Part shown: one piece after another, positions 54,070-58,428 of the stretch | Layout: every line of letters begins with the position of its first letter | Numbering within the stretch: position 1 is the stretch's first letter | Source of the DNA: a virus | Virus record (IMG/VR): IMGVR_UViG_3300045988_116781 | DNA: 58,428 nucleotides | Strand: one strand, 5' to 3' | Program-made: the position numbers and the translations under genes | The notes under the pieces: generated by a model | Databases searched by the model: none | Told to the model about the DNA's origin: nothing | What the model saw: only the letters and a program-made list of their open reading frames with translations

Positions 54070-55026
54070 TTAATATCCCGGACCATCTGCAGGTTCTTCA
54101 CTCGCAGCCGTAGCTGGTGCAGGTGACTGCGCCGGAGCAGTATTTACAGGCTCGAACGTGGTGTCGATGTTGATTACCTGCGCATTCGCACCGTCAAGCA
54201 CCATGTCCCGGTTGTTCATCGTGTCGTCGTCAGCAGCCATAGCACCCTGCATCTCGATTGACAGGTAACCGTACTTTGAGAGCAGCCGCCTGATTACGGT
54301 CTTCAATGCCATGTCGTTGAAGTTGCCCTCCCAGCCGACTTTCTTGCTCACTACCGATGTGTTGGCCAGTTTCTCCAGCTGGTCTATGGTAGTCTCTTTC
54401 TTCACGGACGGGGAGTAGCGTTTGGCGTATGATGCCATGTCGTGAACGGTCATGTAGAGCGTCTTTGCAAAGCCGTTCAGCAGCTCGAAGTAGCAGAAAT
54501 ATCCTGCAACCTTGTCCGATGTCCTTTCGCCGTCAAAGGCGATTTCTCCGGTCAGTTTGTTTACCTTGCGCACCTCTCCCTCATAGACCAAATCGGCGTT
54601 GATTGTGCGGTACTGCCCCGTGCGCATTGCGAGCTGGATATAGCCTTTGTAACCGGGTACGAATGTCGGTGTAGGCACTTTTACCCAAGTCCCGTCAGGC
54701 TGCTTCACGCTGTTGTTGAATACCACGATATAGGCAAAGCCCAAAGCCCTGTTTATCGGCAGGTTCATCGTGGCTGCTTTCAGAGCCTCTGCAACAACCT
54801 GATTGGGGTTGCAGGCTTGCAGCTGGCTGTCGCTGTTGTAAAGGTCGATGATTGAGGTCACGAATGCGTCCTTATGGTCTTTCAGGACGTTTGCGAACTG
54901 CTCCTGAATTGACGGAGCATGAAGAACGCTTTTAAGCAGTTCCACTTTCGGGTTCACTCTGCGTTCCGTTACTGCGGTCGTCTGACCGTTGCCCTGCTGT
55001 GCAGGGGCTTGATTTGGATTGTTCAT
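54070..55026 (-). CDS. recT: RecT-family single-strand annealing protein
   Basis: 318 aa. The region GYKGYIQLAMRTGQYRTINADLVYEGE is typical of RecT. Confidence 0.8.
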   Translation of the reverse strand: MNNPNQAPAQQGNGQTTAVTERRVNPKVELLKSVLHAPSIQEQFANVLKDHKDAFVTSIIDLYNSDSQLQACNPNQVVAEALKAATMNLPINRALGFAYIVVFNNSVKQPDGTWVKVPTPTFVPGYKGYIQLAMRTGQYRTINADLVYEGEVRKVNKLTGEIAFDGERTSDKVAGYFCYFELLNGFAKTLYMTVHDMASYAKRYSPSVKKETTIDQLEKLANTSVVSKKVGWEGNFNDMALKTVIRRLLSKYGYLSIEMQGAMAADDDTMNNRDMVLDGANAQVINIDTTFEPVNTAPAQSPAPATAASEEPADGPGY

Positions 55027-55038
55027 GTTGCGTTGAAT

Positions 55039-55272
55039 TTATTTGTTATTGACTGCGCAGAGTTTCGCCGCCTTGTCGGCTACGCCCTGCAAAAATTCCG
55101 TGTATTCGGACAGGTAGAAGCCCTCGTGTGTCTCTACCACATTTCCGTCCTGCTTTACTTCCACAACACCCGTTTTGAGGTTTGCGATTACTTCAACCCG
55201 ACCGCCGGGCATGGTGTGGATCATCAAGCTATCCGCTGTCTCGAAGCGTGTTTCCCAGTTGTACCTTTCCAT
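55039..55272 (-). CDS. hypothetical small protein
   Basis: 77-aa ORF. Confidence 0.4.
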   Translation of the reverse strand: MERYNWETRFETADSLMIHTMPGGRVEVIANLKTGVVEVKQDGNVVETHEGFYLSEYTEFLQGVADKAAKLCAVNNK

Positions 55273-55276
55273 ACCG

Positions 55277-57235
55277 CTATTCGATTACAAGTTCCTTGTC
55301 GGTGGATACTACGAGCCGTATTTTCTGTGACTGTGTAGGTAGCAGCTCGTTCACGCTTTCCGCATTGTCGATGAATATCGGGGCATACACTCCGTTTGAG
55401 CCGCATATTGCGTTGATGATGTCAAGTCCGGCGTTGATACGTCCTGCATCGTTCAGGTCAGAGAAAGGCACTCCGTTCACGGTTGCTTCACAGGTCTCGA
55501 CCTCTCCGCCGTTTATCTGCGTATCGAACATCTTGAACCTGACGATATGGAACATGCCGTTAATTTTGCGCTCTACGGCTTCGATACGGGATTTTGAGAA
55601 CGATGCGATAGTGAACTCTATGCCCTCCAGCTCCGCAACCTCCTGCGACTGCTTGCGCATCATTGTTTCGAGTTCTGCGATACGCTCGTTGTTGCGCTTG
55701 ATGATGTCCTTTTTGGAAAGCATCTTTTTCAGTTCGTCAATGGCTGACTGTAACGTGCCCTTGCCCTCGACAAGTTCCGATGTGTCGCTTCCTGTGTCTG
55801 TGGCTGTCTCGTTCTCGATTTGGTTTTTGAGTTCCGTTTCCTGATTGCACAGGTCGATGTAACGCTTGTCGGCGGCTATTACCGACTCCGTTTCAGGTTC
55901 TACAAGCTCGTTCAGGTAAAGCGATGAGGATTTCTGTGCGTCAATCCACGCCCGTTTTGATGCGATGTTCACTTCAGCCTGCGCCTTTGCTTTCTCTATG
56001 GCTTCACGTTTAGCCTTTACTTCAAGCCCCTTCTGCTTGTTCAGTTCCAAGCGTTTAGCCTTGTTCCGGCTGAATGTTTCCGAAAGCTCCTGCTGGCGGC
56101 TCTCTATCTCATCCACCTCGAACCTGCGCTTGCAGGTAGGGCAGATAAACTCATCCTCGTTGAACGTGAGTTGTTCTGCATTTATGGACTTCCATTCGGC
56201 AAGCAGACTGTTTCGTGTCTCTGCAAGGGCTGCAAGCTGCCTGTCATATTCCTGTATTTCCGATTGGAGTGCGGCTATCGCACGTTCCTCTCCGTTGATT
56301 TTTGAGATGAGTTCGTTGCGTGCGCTCTGCTGTCTGCGATAATCAGCAAGCAGTTCTTCCTTGATTTTGAATTTCAGTTCGGATTTTGCGGCGTAAATAT
56401 CTCCTTGTTTCCTTATGAGTTCGGCACGTCTCTTGTTTGCTTCCTTTGCAGCCTTGGATGCGTCCAGCAACTGTTGTTCAATGTTGGCCAGCTGTGCGTT
56501 CTTGCTTGCGAGTTCGCTCTCGATAGCGTCCCAGTCCTCCGCTTCCGGCATGTCACGTTTGCGCTCGTCAATACGTGACGGTATCATGTCAAGTTCGTTC
56601 TTGATCCGGCGTTTCTTTGCCTGAATTTCACGCTTGTACTCCTCAAGGTTCTTTCCAGTCAGTTTTGCCAACAGGTTCTCGAAGTCCGGGTTACCCTGAG
56701 CTATTTCAGTATCCGAAACGCCTCCGGCCATCTGAATGAGCATCTGCCGCTGTACGTCCGCTTTCTGTTTCGTGAAATACAGGGGGTTGGTTATGAACTT
56801 GAAGACCTCTTCCGTGCATATTGCGGCTATCTTGTCGTTGTACTCCTTTACGGAACACGGAACTCCGTTATACAGACGCTCTTCCTCGTGTCCGTCAAAG
56901 ACTTCTTCGGCAGAGCCTCTTTTCTTCGTCCATTTCTCGTTGTACCTGCGGCACAGGGTCACTTCCTCGCCGTTCACGAGCAATGTAACGGTTACCTCGT
57001 GCGGTATCTTCGGTATCGCTTTCCCGGTCTCATCATAGGTCTTGATACCGAAATTCTTTCTGTCCTTGCTGTCCTTTCCGAACAGTACCCATGTGAAGCC
57101 GTCAAAGATTGAGGTCTTGCCCAATCCGTTGTCTGCACTGATGCTTGTCAGGTCGCTGTCGAAATCGACCGTCAAATCCCTGATACCCTTAAAGTTCAGG
57201 AAATCCATTCTGGTAATGACTATCCGTTTACTCAT
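55277..57235 (-). CDS. Rad50/SbcC-like AAA ATPase with coiled coil and zinc hook
   Basis: 652 aa with N-terminal Walker A (DNGLGKTS), a long coiled coil containing CPTC, and a C-terminal D-loop region (FIDNAES). Confidence 0.7.
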   Translation of the reverse strand: MSKRIVITRMDFLNFKGIRDLTVDFDSDLTSISADNGLGKTSIFDGFTWVLFGKDSKDRKNFGIKTYDETGKAIPKIPHEVTVTLLVNGEEVTLCRRYNEKWTKKRGSAEEVFDGHEEERLYNGVPCSVKEYNDKIAAICTEEVFKFITNPLYFTKQKADVQRQMLIQMAGGVSDTEIAQGNPDFENLLAKLTGKNLEEYKREIQAKKRRIKNELDMIPSRIDERKRDMPEAEDWDAIESELASKNAQLANIEQQLLDASKAAKEANKRRAELIRKQGDIYAAKSELKFKIKEELLADYRRQQSARNELISKINGEERAIAALQSEIQEYDRQLAALAETRNSLLAEWKSINAEQLTFNEDEFICPTCKRRFEVDEIESRQQELSETFSRNKAKRLELNKQKGLEVKAKREAIEKAKAQAEVNIASKRAWIDAQKSSSLYLNELVEPETESVIAADKRYIDLCNQETELKNQIENETATDTGSDTSELVEGKGTLQSAIDELKKMLSKKDIIKRNNERIAELETMMRKQSQEVAELEGIEFTIASFSKSRIEAVERKINGMFHIVRFKMFDTQINGGEVETCEATVNGVPFSDLNDAGRINAGLDIINAICGSNGVYAPIFIDNAESVNELLPTQSQKIRLVVSTDKELVIE

Positions 57236-57246
57236 AATGCGTTGAA

Positions 57247-57522
57247 TTATTTGTTTTTAGTAACTATATATGTCGATGCCTTGCTGTCTATCTCCGCATT
57301 GGTCGGTATGCGGTCCTGAAGCTGCCATTCCTCTATCTCCGACTTCTTGAAGTACACCTTCTTGCCCTGCTTGTAGTGTGGTATGTTCCGGCTGCTTACA
57401 AGGTGGTAGATACGGCTCTTGCTCACGTTGAGCATCAATGCCACTTCCTCCACGTCAAGAACCTCTTTCGAGTTGAGACGCACGAGCTTTTCTATTCTGT
57501 CCAACTGTTCCTGCATAGTCAC
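57247..57522 (-). CDS. excisionase-type (MerR/HTH_17-like) DNA-binding protein
   Basis: 91 aa. LDVEEVALMLNVSKSRIYHLVSSRNIPHYKQGKKVYFKKSEIEEW is typical of the Xis/AlpA family. Confidence 0.65.
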   Translation of the reverse strand: MTMQEQLDRIEKLVRLNSKEVLDVEEVALMLNVSKSRIYHLVSSRNIPHYKQGKKVYFKKSEIEEWQLQDRIPTNAEIDSKASTYIVTKNK

Positions 57523-57743
57523 ACCTCCTCATCTTCGTCAAGTTCGGGTATAAGGTTTCTTTTCTCCCAGTATGAAGCGAGCCTGTAGACCAAATAGGCG
57601 GTGGCGAAGCCGATGCCTTTTGATATGATGAATGCGCTCCACCATGCTTCGTTTTCCGCTGGCTCGGACACGATGCAGATTAGTGAAATCATAGACAGGA
57701 TGCCTAACACCCATATTCGCCAGTTAATAATCTCTTTTCTCAT
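57519..57743 (-). CDS. small two-TM membrane protein
   Basis: 74 aa with two hydrophobic helices and an acidic tail. Confidence 0.45.
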   Translation of the reverse strand: MRKEIINWRIWVLGILSMISLICIVSEPAENEAWWSAFIISKGIGFATAYLVYRLASYWEKRNLIPELDEDEEV

Positions 57744-57973
57744 AGCTGTACCTCCTCTTTTGCCGGAAACAGGTGCTTCACGTCCACGTTGTACTTCTTT
57801 GCGATGATTGTCTGTGCGAGTTCGTCAGGCACTTGTCGGCCTGACAGCCAAAACCGAACTGTAACCTCGCTCCTGTGAGTGAGTTCGGACACGTCCCTGA
57901 TAAACTGCTGTGCGGCAGTAGGCTTCCGAAGCTCCTCATCATACAGTTCTCTGAATGTCTTTTTTGCTGCCAT
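57740..57973 (-). CDS. Cro-like small regulator candidate
   Basis: I used the internal start MAAKKTFRELY.... The HTH-like segment is ELTHRSEVTVRFWLSGRQVP. It is divergent from the XRE-like gene at 58163. Confidence 0.5.
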   Translation of the reverse strand: MAAKKTFRELYDEELRKPTAAQQFIRDVSELTHRSEVTVRFWLSGRQVPDELAQTIIAKKYNVDVKHLFPAKEEVQL

Positions 57974-57997
57974 TATGCTATTTATTTGCTTTTTTGC

Positions 57998-58028
57998 TTG
58001 CCTAATAAGTACGCTATGACTATATTTG
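57998..58028 (+). promoter_or_regulatory. candidate promoter/operator in the divergent switch region
   Basis: The degenerate palindrome TTGCCTAATAAGTAC (57998-58012) is followed by 8 nt and then the -7 box TATATTTG (58021-58028), upstream of the ATG at 58163. Confidence 0.4.
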
Positions 58029-58162
58029 CACGCAAGATTAAACCTATTGTTGCGATAACTTTTCCTATCGTGACACAAAGGTAAACAGTTTTATTGGTAT
58101 AGGCAAATAAAATCATCGTTTTCTGCAAAGAAATTTGTGTGCCATTATGTAACGAATTGAAT

Positions 58163-58428
58163 ATGAGCGGCGAAGAAGTAAAAGAAAAACTCAAGCAGGA
58201 GGGCATAGTATTCTCGGAATTAGCCCGTTTGCTCGGTTACGACAGCGACCAGCGGCTGCACTCGGCATTGAAAGCCAACGATGTCAGGAGCGGCCTTATC
58301 GAGGATATTGCCCGTGCGATAAATAAAAGTGTTTCTTGGTTCTACCCAGAGACCACCAAAACTGTTGCTACGGACAACGGAATTGCTGTGTCCGGGAACG
58401 AGAACCAAATCACGGTAATATCCGAGAA
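58163..58428 (+). CDS. 5' portion of the XRE-like HTH regulator (continues at nt 56-137 after the 55-nt overlap)
   Basis: MSGEEVKEKLKQEGIVFSELARLLGYDSDQRLHSALKANDVRSGLIEDIARAINKSVSWFY is HTH-like. The ORF runs off the window end in frame with 3..137. Confidence 0.6.
   Translation, partial: MSGEEVKEKLKQEGIVFSELARLLGYDSDQRLHSALKANDVRSGLIEDIARAINKSVSWFYPETTKTVATDNGIAVSGNENQITVISE
58374..58428. repeat. 55-nt terminal overlap, identical to nt 1-55
   Basis: Exact identity read directly from both ends. An ORF is continuous across the join. Confidence 0.95.

Overview
The window is a complete, circularly closed genome of about 58.37 kb: nt 1-55 are identical to nt 58374-58428. It is a temperate phage with a long non-contractile tail. 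The host is most likely Bacteroidales, judged from TAnnTTTG -7 promoter boxes, Bacteroides-style lipoprotein signals and a Bacteroides-type tyrosine integrase. Almost all genes are on the minus strand. Modules in window order:
(1) Lysogeny switch: XRE-like and CI-like HTH genes on the plus strand, divergent Cro-like and Xis-like genes, then a repeat-rich non-coding region and the integrase.
(2) Two lipoprotein morons.
(3) Lysis cassette: GH108 endolysin, holin, a candidate unimolecular spanin and a TM plus coiled-coil protein.
(4) Tail module, which contains a full diversity-generating retroelement (DGR): reverse transcriptase, template repeat (TR), an accessory-position gene and a tail-fibre-like target carrying variable repeat VR1.
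(5) Tape measure, tail chaperone with a -1 frameshift site, a tRNA-Ser(GCU), tail tube, connector, capsid and scaffold genes.
(6) A plus-strand island of ten small genes that ends in an ADP-ribosylglycohydrolase. It is convergent with a minor-head protein fused to an ADP-ribosyltransferase.
(7) Portal, TerL and TerS.
(8) Two tandem pairs of ParB-like and PAPS-reductase-like genes, preceded in the same apparent operon by an outer-membrane beta-barrel and a sodium:solute symporter.
(9) Replication and recombination module: VRR-NUC, SSB, helicase-methyltransferase fusion, SF2 helicase, DnaC-like, DnaD-like, NinB-like, MBL nuclease, RecT and a Rad50-like ATPase.
The most interesting signal is a second, remote DGR variable repeat (VR2, 52000-52075) inside a small 195-aa early-region protein. 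It differs from the TR only at template adenines and shares the VR-specific 3' boundary sequence with VR1. Other notable signals are a 15-bp palindrome recurring at five promoter regions, an array of 14 TGTTATAACA palindromes with a perfect 160-bp tandem duplication next to int, and the transporter/OMP/ParB/PAPS-reductase operon. No rRNA, CRISPR array or transposase was seen. All functional calls rest on motif recognition by eye and on synteny; no database search was run.
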